A stretch of 50,226 nt of DNA, filler included, from Catajapyx aquilonaris (lineage: Eukaryota): the NCBI GenBank assembly GCA_000934665.2. It is 3 parts of 3 records of this genome, joined end to end, with 100 filler letters (N's around TTAATTAATTAA, not from the genome) between each part and the next. Parts side by side here need not be neighbours in the genome. Positions count along the whole stretch, not along the records: positions 16,769 to 33,479 come from JYFJ02007136.1; positions 33,580 to 50,226 come from KZ539648.1; 1 more part is not named here. The stretch is one strand, 5' to 3'. The notes beneath the pieces are model-generated. The model was not told where the DNA came from. It saw only the letters and a program-made list of their open reading frames with translations, and searched no databases. The translations under genes were made by a program, and so were the position numbers. Each line of letters starts with the position of its first letter. Within the stretch, counting starts at the first letter, position 1. Positions 25,739 through 36,500 of this stretch are shown here, piece by piece.

Positions 25739-26213
25739 AAGAGGAGGTGAAAACCTTGGCGGCGCATTTTCAGGTGATGGTGGCTCACTGGCGCACACTG
25801 CCAATGATGAGAATCCCAAGGACAATTTTGGCATACAATCCGATGATATGACTTTATTTGTTTACAAAAATGTGTGGCTACCGTTTTAGGACAGAAAGAT
25901 CAATTGAATTGAAATAATAATAAAAATCTAACTGTAATTCTTGAGTGTAACTTTCAAACTAAGGAGGCATATCATAGCCATTATTTTGAGGTTTACATTA
26001 TTATTCTGTGTATGTGCGCAGTTATGTGACCCAAATCACTGCAGCCCTATCCAAAAGACAAGAGACTGGTTTTTCATCCTACTGCCAGTCATCATTAGGC
26101 TACTCCATGACAGATAGACCCAAAAAAATTCCAGATGTCACCTTACCTATTCAGAAATTTACTTAATTTTACACACGTGTTTAGATGGGCACAAGTAGTA
26201 CGTAAGAATATTT

Positions 26214-26214
26214 A

Positions 26215-26246
<32 letters not shown>

Positions 26247-26441
26247 AGTACTACACTACGACTACAGTACTACACTACTACTTCTACTACTACTACACTA
26301 CTACACTACTACTTCTACTACTACTACACTACACTACGACTACAGTACTACACTACGACTACAGTACTACACTACTACTATTACTACTACAGTACTACAC
26401 TACTACTACAGTACTACACTACTACTACTACTTCAGTACTA

Positions 26442-26480
<39 letters not shown>

Positions 26481-26619
26481 AGTACTACACTACTACTATA
26501 CTACTACTACTACAGTACTACACTACAACAACAACTACTACACTACAACAACAACTACTACACTACAACTACTACTACTACTACCTCTTGTACTATACTC
26601 CTACTCCTACTTCCTCTTG

Positions 26620-26674
<55 letters not shown>

Positions 26675-26720
26675 ACTACTACTACTACTACTACTACTGT
26701 TACTACTATATACTACACTG
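26214..26720. repeat. Compound (CTA)n microsatellite, ~500 bp
   Basis: CTA runs interrupted by CAG, CAC, CAA and CTG units. Confidence 0.97.
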
Positions 26721-27089
26721 CAGTATTTTCGACCCGCCACAGATGAGTAGGGTGATTCTGACCGACAAGGCCAGAGAAATCAGAGCTTCTCGTCATTACT
26801 TATTAACACACAAGTCAGCTAAAAAATTTTATTAAGCATGTATCAATTTATCAACGAGCCCAAATAAGGCCCAAGTTGTGACATAAGTGTACAGTGGCCT
26901 TATTGGCTAAATAACCTTCGGACGGTGACGTGGTTACTTTTTGTGGCCAACGACACTTTTTTTGTTATAACTTGAAAAATTTAGGTCATTCGAGATTAAT
27001 CTTTTAGAACATTTTCGTTTGACTATTTCTGTATTGAATGACGTTTAGTTTAAATTATTGAGCAAATAGCACGACCAGGAAAAAATTAA

Positions 27090-27435
27090 TTAGGCGGAAA
27101 TGCGTAGTTGGGGCCCGACCAAGATCCTGTCTGGCTGCTCCTGGTGGCATCCCAGGCCGCCAAGGGGTGGGATCACCCTACCCCCGGGAGTTGGGCCCGG
27201 GTTCCGCGAACGAGGGAAGGTTATAGGGAGCGAAGAGGAGGTGCAGGTACCAGTGCAATGTCGTTTCTGTGCATTCCCCCGGGTGGTTAGGCTCAAGGAA
27301 TCCCATCCGAGACGGAGCCAGAGACGACCCAACTCCGCACAAGATGAGAAAGGGAAACGCGGGCTTGGAATCTAACCCAGGACTTTTCTTTCCTGTGGGC
27401 GCGAGCGTTACAGATGCTACACTCCGCCTCCCCCC
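27090..27435 (-). mobile_element. tRNA-derived SINE (family C); truncated copy at 20222-20458
   Basis: Minus-strand head gggggaggcggagtgtagcatctgt with B-box-like gggttagattcc (27378-27367). Shares agtgcaatgtcg and a ccctata..cct segment with family B. No TSD found and the 3' end is approximate. Confidence 0.55.
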
Positions 27436-28679
27436 AGATTCAGCAGATAGTTATGTAGAGTCGACTACGAATATGCGAGGCTTGAAGGAACAGCGCGGAA
27501 ATCAGTTTCCTATAACCCAGGGTTCCTATATCCAATTGCCCATGCCATACATGGAAGTATGCCAGGACCGGGACCAGCCTTCGTGTTGGCTATCACCTAG
27601 GGTTGCTTTTAGCCGAGGCTCTTATATCCGGAGTCTACTGTATTGTTATTTATTTTATAATACGGTATTGTGTAGTATTTGTCTCAATCCGTAGCTGTCT
27701 GTGAATGGGATTCTTCAGAAAAATTTGTATGTATAAGTCTCTCAAGAAATGGTCGAATTATTGTTCAGATAATGCCATGAAATTTATTTGTGTAATATTG
27801 TTGGTACGTTGTAATATTGTTGGTACGTTGGTACTCGTATATCTTCAGTTTAAAAGCGATAAAAAACTGCCGGTATTTAATGTATTAATACACTTTGCTA
27901 CGAAATTGTAATCCTTATTACTTCCAATTGAGTGAGCCTTGTTATATACAGTATTTTTACGCTATTGTTTCAAAATATCTGTAGCGTTCCCAACTCCTAA
28001 ATATCCCGACACCCTGTTGTGCACCTGTACATTCTGTTCAAACAGTTACCGCCTCTAAACGAGTTGGGTGGCCATCTATCGTCACTTCATGAAATCCCGA
28101 CAGAGTGGTCAATAGTAAGGCTGAACGAATTGCTGTCCTCTGACAGCGTTCCCAGAAGTTTCTGGTGGCATTATAGTGTGAGTGCTACTCAGCGAATAGT
28201 AGTAGATTCAATAAATGATAGTTTGCAATAAATGTGTTGCCGGCAATGTTTGAAATCCGGTGTTATACTTGTACAGTCGTGGCCATAATTATATTATTAA
28301 CGTTTTGTTTTTTGGGCGTAACTTTTTTCAGAGTGATCCGATTTAGCTGAAATTTGAACAAGCTATGCACAATGTCATTTAATGATAATATACAAATTGA
28401 AAAATTTATAAGTTGTAGAAGAACAATAAACAATGTTTTTATTTATTTCTTCGCGTACCGGTACTTCAAAATTAAACAAAATCTTTAAACAACCATAACA
28501 TTCTGAAAACTCAACCCAATGCTACAAAACTTAACAAGATAATCACTCACATCGTGTACTTGGTCTGGTTACCCTTGGCTTCGATGACAGTTTGACATCT
28601 GCGAGGCATTGAGGCGACCAACTTGTCCAACACCTATTATGGGATCTTCTTCTACGCTAGGTACCACCAGTTGCTTGTA

Positions 28680-28816
28680 CAACAGTGCAAAAAGAACTGT
28701 CCAAGTCATCCTGACGTGTGGGCTGGCCGCTCGACACACACCATGTAAGTTACATGGTGTGTGTCGAGCGGGCAGCACACACATATGACTGGGACAATTC
28801 TTTTTGAACTGATGAG
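28680..28816. mobile_element. 137-bp hairpin MITE flanked by TA (Tc1/mariner-like)
   Basis: The whole element is an inverted repeat with a perfect 22-bp core stem (28727-28748 / 28750-28771). Copy 1 has the empty site ttgTActtatc. Confidence 0.8.
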
Positions 28817-29631
28817 TACTTATCGGTGCTACTGGATGGTCTTTTGTTCTTCAGATGACACCCCAGAACCTCCCATAAGACGAAGCATGATAACTGGCTG
28901 CCGATGCTGGTCAATTCGCTGGTGCCTTTTGGTTTCTGATTTAATTGGCTGCGGTCACAGTTGCTAGATCAAATGGCTACAGATGAGCATAAGGTCTTTG
29001 CAGAATGGAAATCAGAGACAGACTACACCAATACGAATTGGTGTTTAATAATGGAAAAGGTTGAATCAAGTAAGATATGAATTATTGTTTCTTCAATAAA
29101 TTCGCGGACGAGTCAGTTTGCTGTGTCACTTTGTGGTGTGTGTCTGTTTCGTTGTGTTGGTGTCCTCTGTATGGCTTTGAGGGGACTGTCCGTCTTGTGG
29201 TCCTGCCAGGCACGGTACGTCGCAATGCGTGATGGTTTTAGTTAATTGCGAGCGTTAGCGAGCAGGGCTCTTATTGTGGGTTGTGTATCTGCAACATTAC
29301 AGCCAGTCTTGTGGCGCCGCCGGCCAACGAACGTTATTGCGGCTTTGCCAAGCTCCATGCTCGCGTTGACTTATCATTATAACCCCTTGGCTACCAGATC
29401 TAGGCGCTGAGATTAGTTTCTGTTCAACTTGCACGTACTCTGACGATACGGACAAGATATTTTATAAGTAATAACAGTTATACTTACACGGTCATGCTGT
29501 ACAGTGTATATACACTATGAATATGTTTGGAACCATTTTCCACTTCTAGGAGTCGCAAAATTAATTTCCAAAAAGATCGCCGTAACAACTCGAAATAAAA
29601 TTACTGCCAACTGTTAGGCTGATTTAATATT

Positions 29632-29988
29632 TTTATCTATTTATTTTATTTACGTTACCCCGTGATAAGGCTGAGCCTTTTTAGGGGGGTGGAATACCAC
29701 CATTTCACTCCATTTTCATATATTAACTTCATTCACCGGTGCAAGGAGTCAAGGATGTAGGGTATAGGGATAGGGATTTTTGGGGAGGGAACATGTGGTG
29801 CAAGTGCAATGTCGGTAAAGGGGTCAGGTGCTGTTCCCCAGGAGGTTAGGTTGCCAGACACCTCCTTGGTGCAGGTCAGAAACCCTCCTGACGCAGGTGA
29901 AAGGAAAGTTCCCCAAGCGGGGATCGAACCTGGGGCCTTTCACTCAGCAAGCCGAGACGTTACCATCTCGGCCATCTACACCTCCCCC
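29632..29988 (-). mobile_element. tRNA-derived SINE (family B), inserted in the foldback MITE
   Basis: Reverse-complement homolog of 23679-24034 with B-box ggttcgatccc. 15-bp TSD ggctgatttaatatt at 29617-29631 and 29989-30003. Confidence 0.9.
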
Positions 29989-30271
29989 GGCTGATTTAAT
30001 ATTATGAAATACGTTAAAGTATACGGAATAACAACCTTGAGAATCGTGCTATGACGAATCAGCTGAAACTGTCGTACTTTGCGAAAATTAAATAAATTTT
30101 GGAGTCTTCCTAAGTGAGAGGCAAGCCGCAGTAAGTATTAATTTAATTCTGGCGAAGTACGGCGATTTCAGAATATTCGTCATAACTTAGTACGATTCTC
30201 AAGGTTGTTATTCTGTATATTTAATGTATTTCATAATTAAATCAGCCTAACAGTTGGCCGGTAGCAATTTA

Positions 30272-30323
30272 GTTTAGTTTATTTACCCCGGTAGCCGTAG
30301 GCTTAACGCCTTTACATGAGGGA
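30272..30323 (-). mobile_element. 52-bp 5'-truncated retroposon tail
   Basis: Interrupts the right arm of the foldback. 10-bp TSD tagcaattta (30262-30271, 30324-30333). Minus-strand end ggggtaaataaactaaac resembles the SINE B tail. Confidence 0.55.
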
Positions 30324-31099
30324 TAGCAATTTAATTTCGAGTTGTTACGACGATCTTTTTGGAAATTAATTTTGGGACTTCCAAAAGTGGAAAATTGTTC
30401 CAAACATATATGAACAGCATGAATGTGTGAGTATAGCTGTTATTATTTGTAAAATATCTTGTCCGTATCTTCAGAGTACGTGCAAGTTGAACAGAAACTA
30501 ATCTCAGCGCTTAGATCTGGTAGCCAAGGGGTTAATTGTTCTGTCGCGTTGGATCGGTTTTTCATTTCGAATGATTTGGTGAGCTTCCCGCAGTTTCGTC
30601 CTCGGAAAATTCGCTCCCTTTACATAATCTTATCACCGCCGAGTCAGTTCGCTGCTGTGCTGTGTTGGGACTGATGGGTGACGCTTACATGCTATTCGAG
30701 TTTGGCAAAGACACAGTAACGTTCGTTGGCCTGCGGCGCCACAAGACGGACAGTAAATATTGCGGATCAAAACCCACAATAAGCGTCTAGCTCGCTTTAG
30801 CTCGCACTGCTCGAGCTGAATTAAAAAATCCTGCAGGTCGACGAACCATACCTGACAGGGCCACAACCAAGGACAGCACTGTTGCGGCAGCATAAAGCCA
30901 TACAGTATCACCAACACAATCGGCAACTCCATCTGACCCAGGCAGGAGAGCTCAAAATTTCATTTCATATCAGCCCTTCCATTTCGAGTACTGGCGTCGG
31001 TGTGCATGTCCCCTCCCACATGCCTAATAAGCGTCCGAAGCAGCATTAACACATGACAACTGAACAGGACACTCTCCTCGAACCGTATACTCCGATATA

Positions 31100-31645
31100 C
31101 AGGGTGATTCTTGTATAACCGAATCCAGAATTTCTGTTATATCTCGTAAGGGTGTGGACGCAAATCGATGAAATTGTCATGACACGTACCTCCAACGATG
31201 TTTAGCAGATTATGATATCGCAACAAGTTCTGGAATTCATGGCAGAAGCAGCACGAAACAACAAAAAAGCGTCCAAAATGGCGTGCTCAGTGGAAATGCT
31301 CGTGTTTATTGTACGAACGTACTGGGTTACCGGCTCACTTTCAGAAACTCAACGACAGTTCAAAAGAACATAATTATGGTGTGAGAAATGTCCCGACGAA
31401 GTCAACAATTCACCAATTGGCGCGGAAACTGGAGAACACTCTTCTCGATAAACATCGTCAGCCGCCAATGCCAAAGGCTACAGTTCTGGATATTTCTGCT
31501 ACACTGGAACAGTCGCCTGCTAAACCATGTAATCTGCCAAATATTGTACTGTACTGCCGTTGTGTTTCAGAAAATGAGCCGGGGACCCAGCATGTTCGCA
31601 TCATAAACACGCGCATTTCCACTGAGTATGCCATTTTGGACGCTT
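31100..31645 (+). mobile_element. Second copy of the mariner-type relic
   Basis: Homolog of 21982-22520 within the duplicated block. Confidence 0.65.
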
Positions 31646-33479
31646 TTTTTTTGTTATGCCACTTAATTTCGGGTGGTGGTGTCCGGGTGACAAAACCTGC
31701 TCTAAAAAGCAGTAGTATGCTAACATTGTTGCCTTCAGAGAAGCAGCTGAGTATACAGGGTGTATCATGTCATCCCCCCAAACAACAACAACAACAACTT
31801 ATATGGCGAACTGCGGAGCAACAGTGAATCCCTTTACGTAGATGTGTCGTTTGGTCTGCTCAGCGCATTGTTACCGAGATAAAGGGCTATTTATCATGTA
31901 GTACGAGTAGGCCTATAACATATTCCAGGAGGTTTACATCGTGTTAGCCTATACTCGGCAGACATGCCGGTGTGTTATCATTATCATCACAAGTCAAACG
32001 CTACCCGCATATGTGGGAGCCCGAAGCGAGTGTCAAATGAATAGCTGACAGACATACACAGGCAAATGTGGGTCATGATCCAGAGTTAGTGCACAGTGAC
32101 CGAAAGAGCAGTCTTTTAACATCAAGTTTTGTCCCAGACTGAAACAACCTGGAAGATTCGCAGGCTTTTGGGAACGAAACAAAAGGGGTAACGCACATAA
32201 AAGACTGGCACAATCGTATAAGGTCGCGTGGAGGGATGCATACGTAAGGCTCCTCATTTGTAGCCCCTAAACTCTAGACTGAAACTGGAAGGTTGGCCTG
32301 TCTTCTCCCTTAGGAACTGCACTCTGCTCAGTATCTTTCTCTGCGTGGCTTTCATATATAGTGAGCATCATTGCCGCAGTCCATCTAACTTACTAAAAGG
32401 CTAGGGACTCATCTCTTCGTTTCCTTATAGAATTTTAAAAATAAGATGAAGTCAATGAAGGAATTATGGAGGAAAAGGTCATATGGGTGGTCGACCACTT
32501 AGGTTGAAAAATTGGTGGGAAGAGATCAACGGATGGGGCAAGAGGAGGGCCAAAGTCTAAAGTTAAACAACAACGTTACATAATGTACAAGTATGAAACA
32601 ACCTTCAGACGATACTACAGTACTTATAAACCTTGTATAAGAACATGAAAGTAAACATACTAATATACCAAAAACCTTCACTTGACTGCATCCGCCATAC
32701 CTGTACACAAACTCGAACGTATAGGCTACATATGGATTACTGTATACTGTATGTACAGTATACGACATATAGTTTCATACACCCCGCAAACGAGCTTTAT
32801 CCTGGCTATCCTAAGCAACCCACACGGCATGATAACAGAACCGAGTCAGCGGCAACAGGGCTTGGGGGGTTGGGCTGGCTACGGAACCAGGTGGGGGGGT
32901 CGCTGGGCTGACCTTGCGTACCCCGTAAGCGATAAACCCTTTTTTTGACATTTTTTGACTTGCCCATGCCGGAGGAAAAATAACCATCGTCTCCTTTCAC
33001 TAAATGCGTGCATACGAGTTTGATGGCTGCATTCTGCATATAATCAGATATCATTGAACTTAGGGAGCATTATGTTTGCTTTTGTGTGCTGATTGTGTGC
33101 TGCTGCAATTAACTGATTATTGATGCATTTAAAAGGAGCGTGGGAAGGGGGAGGGGGGAGTCATTTGAATGATAAGAACCCATCAAACAAGAGCGAATGC
33201 CAGCAAAGGCTGGATGCCTCAGGGGTTCGAAGCCCGTCTGGAGCCACAGCTGGATTATATTTAATTGTTTTCTTCTGTTAATATTTTTTCACCCCGGCAT
33301 TGTCCTCAAATGATCATTTTACAGATCCTCTGTCTAAAACTATATATTGGCCAGAAATATCCCCCGGACGTAATTATTCGTTCCTTGACCTACCCTTAAA
33401 CCCGCGCGAATTTTGGCGATGTGGACACGGGATTATTCGGCATAAACGAACAAGATATTTGAGCACCCATTCCATGGTT

Positions 33480-33579
33480 NNNNNNNNNNNNNNNNNNNNN
33501 NNNNNNNNNNNNNNNNNNNNNNNTTAATTAATTAANNNNNNNNNNNNNNNNNNNNNNNNNNNNNNNNNNNNNNNNNNNN
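33480..33579. other. Artificial scaffold spacer (N44 + TTAATTAATTAA + N44)
   Basis: Same 100-nt construction as 16669-16768. Confidence 0.95.
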
Positions 33580-36500
33580 ATGTCAATAGAAAGGCATTGC
33601 CTGGAACATGCCTCCAGCGTGTCCAGATTATTTTCGACCCGGAGTGGATTGAACTGGTTTTGCTGGCAAGCTCCTCGTATGGTGTGGGCGATGCAAGTGT
33701 GCATTTCAACCGAACCTGCGACAAAATGATAAAACTGGCACTCAAACAATATTTCGTATCCCATGAAATTACTCGTATATTCAATTCTGCCGTGTTCTCT
33801 TCCGCGCCATAATTTACTCAGACCTAAAATGTGGACGACAAAGATCAATTGACTTGTAAATCAAATGTTAAGCAGACTTCAATAATATTATTCCGACTGG
33901 ATCCCTCCCAGGGAGGAGCCTGCATCTATAAAAGCCGAAGAACGAAACCCAACTTCAACTTGAGGTATGATCGAATCCCATGAAAATGGGACTCCCTTCG
34001 GTGGATGACGCATGGGATTATTCAGGCATTTCAACTCTGCCGACAATAAATTCCATGAATATTTAGTTTCATTAAATGTGCCATCTTCGAATGCATCAAT
34101 TATTTTGCCTTTCACCAGGAACTTGTTCCAGGGTGGGAAAAAAAAACTAACCAAAAAATGTCCGATATTCTTCTCGGGAAGTTCATTTCGGACAGATACC
34201 GTTGTTCCATTACCACTCTCTCGATTCAAGTTTAGTTACCATTCAGACAAATGACCACTGCCACCGACGAAAATGACTTTCTGCCTCGGATGCTCATCTA
34301 GCTCATTTCTCTCCTTCCATTTGACCCATCTGACCTCATCCTTCTTCTCGACACGTCCATCGGTCCACGTGAGAGAATGTATATGGTTTTTGTGTACGTC
34401 AGATTGCAAATGGCATTTTTCTCGCTATGATTTAAAAATTATAATAAGGCTTCGTATTTCAGTTCGGATAATTTAGTAACGGTACGTTCACCTCACTTAC
34501 AATATAAAGCAACTACGCAAGTTAACTTAGAGAAAATAATGCTAATTCAACGTAGTCATCAATTTTAAGAGTCACCTCAGTATAAACCTAGAAAAACCAC
34601 TCCATGCTTAAATTAAGTCTATTTATGCCTTTTGACATACTCCAAACCGAATGGATTTAAGATGGAGTTATGAATCATCAGTAAGATTTCATATTACGAC
34701 AAAAGCTTTGGAACCATTTAATATCTAAAGTGTCCTTCCAAGTATCTGCCTTAAAAATTTTGAACTGGGCGTCCTATAATCTGCCATATTAAGCTGATTT
34801 ATTACGTCTCACCACGAAAATCCGTAATTATTTCGGGAATCAAGAATTCCCATTAGTAATATTTGCAAATGGATCAAGTGATAAGATGAAATCAGTAACT
34901 CTAAAAAGCATGCAAGGTTCAACTCCGCTCCTTATGTCGGCAATGAAGTCCTAATCCACGGCACAGATTTCCACCATTATTATTGCCCGGTTCGATTGTA
35001 ATCAACATTATTTGGTGTTATTGACGGAAAGCCCGTGTCGGCGGTGATGTGCGCTGAGGTTATCCGTTCATTAGTGGCTGCAGATTGCACTCGTTATGGC
35101 ACAAAAATTGCCGATGCCACTGACCCATACTTGCCCTCCCCACAATTCCAAATCGGTTACAGATATATTAATTATTTTTTAATAGATGAAAGCCAGTGCA
35201 CAATTAGTTTCCCGTTGCCGCACGGGTGTTCAGTTACACATGCGGTGCTCATTCGTTCAATTCCATATCTAGATCATCGGTGTCAGTCTCCTGTACACCA
35301 AAGCGTGCATGCAATTTCAACCGGTTTGGGGGTTATCGAGTTTTTTTCCCCCTAAACCGGGTCCCCATTGAGGAAATCTGTCACCTGACGCTTGCTGCAT
35401 GTCGCAACATAATGGCATTGGTACTGCACGGGTCGCTTTGTCGGAACAAATCCAGCCCTTCCTTGCCGATCGATAATGTCACCGCGTTCATTGTTTTATT
35501 TATTTTGGTCCGCCCTACTCTTTCAAAAGTATTACAATCGCTCGGTAAATAACAAACAATATATATTTTTGGTCGACCCTGAACACAATCATGATTGATT
35601 CATCATGTGTGCGCGCTTCAATTTTGCGATCCTCTATCAATAAAGCAGAAAGCATTTTAACTGACGGAAATACCCCATGCTTCCAAAGTCAGTGATATTG
35701 ATAACTTATCGCTCTCTGCATTACCTATAGTTCAATCAACAATCACTGTCAAATTATACCTGTATGAGTTACGCTGATAAATAAAGGCAACTTACGCCAA
35801 TGTATACAGTTTAACCCAAGCAAGAATTTTGAATTACACATACTTAATCATCGCTTATTTGACTATGCCCACAGGCACCAGATGCATTAAAAGTTCCTAT
35901 ACAATTCAAACAACTGTATACTGAGCAAATCCAGCGCGTGTACTCAACAAATGTGCTCTCTCAGCATACAACAGCAAAGCAATCTAGAGGAAAACCCAGC
36001 ATTTCGCCTGACGTATCCGCAGGCACCGTCTGAAAGTCCCATATCAAGACTGTGGCTGGATACAACGTCCAGCCCCGAATCATTTCAAGTGTAATCAGCG
36101 CTCGTGAACATCGTTCGGATCTACTTTGCAGAGGGAATTACATCACGCTTACAAAACAATCATGCATAAACATCCAAACCGCAATGATAGACCCCGTCCC
36201 CCACGTAGCGCCTATGTACTCTCCTTTTTTGTGTGTTGTGCGTGTGAATCCGATGGGAACTAGCGACTATACGATCAGAGAGAGAGAAAAAAAAAGGTCC
36301 GCATCAGATCCCTGAAATGAAGTCTGAGCACACTTGATCCCGAAGCCCAAGTGCTCCATTATTAAAGCGGGCCGGAATAAGACACGTCTCTTCATTCGTG
36401 CCTTGAGGCCCGCTTTCAATTTCCAATTCACAATCTTATTTCCAAGGTAGATGAGTGGGGTGTTCGGGCGTTCTAGGGGCCGGCCTGGAAATTCCAAGCA

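Larger units (their letters stand above)
29383..30531. mobile_element. piggyBac-like foldback MITE
   Basis: Termini CCCCTTGGCTACCAGATCTA / TAGATCTGGTAGCCAAGGGG, flanked by ATAA on the left and TTAA on the right. The arms stay complementary almost to the centre (~30110). Confidence 0.8.
29151..30919. mobile_element. Old diverged foldback element (outer arms ~29151-29355 and ~30698-30919)
   Basis: ttgtgttggtg..ctgtatggcttt mirrors aaagccatacag..caccaacacaa, and gtcttgtggcgccgc.ggccaacgaacgtta mirrors taacgttcgttggcc.gcggcgccacaagac. Confidence 0.7.
27199..32755 (+). repeat. Segmental direct repeat, copy 2 (longer copy, retains palindromic elements)
   Basis: Collinear with 20222-23652 plus two extra segments. 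Confidence 0.92.

Noticed and set aside
26558..26835. Poly-Ser and poly-Tyr ORFs
   Set aside because: Translations of the CTA microsatellite.
31309..31827. 172-aa ORF and its 133-aa counterpart at 22192-22593
   Set aside because: Chance read-through of a frameshifted transposon relic; the frames differ between the two copies.
20222..32755. The direct repeats as LTRs of a retrotransposon
   Set aside because: No TG..CA ends, PBS, PPT or gag/pol remnants seen; the left boundary falls inside a SINE.
33195..33246. tRNA-like T-arm ggggttcgaagccc
   Set aside because: No convincing acceptor, D or anticodon arms.
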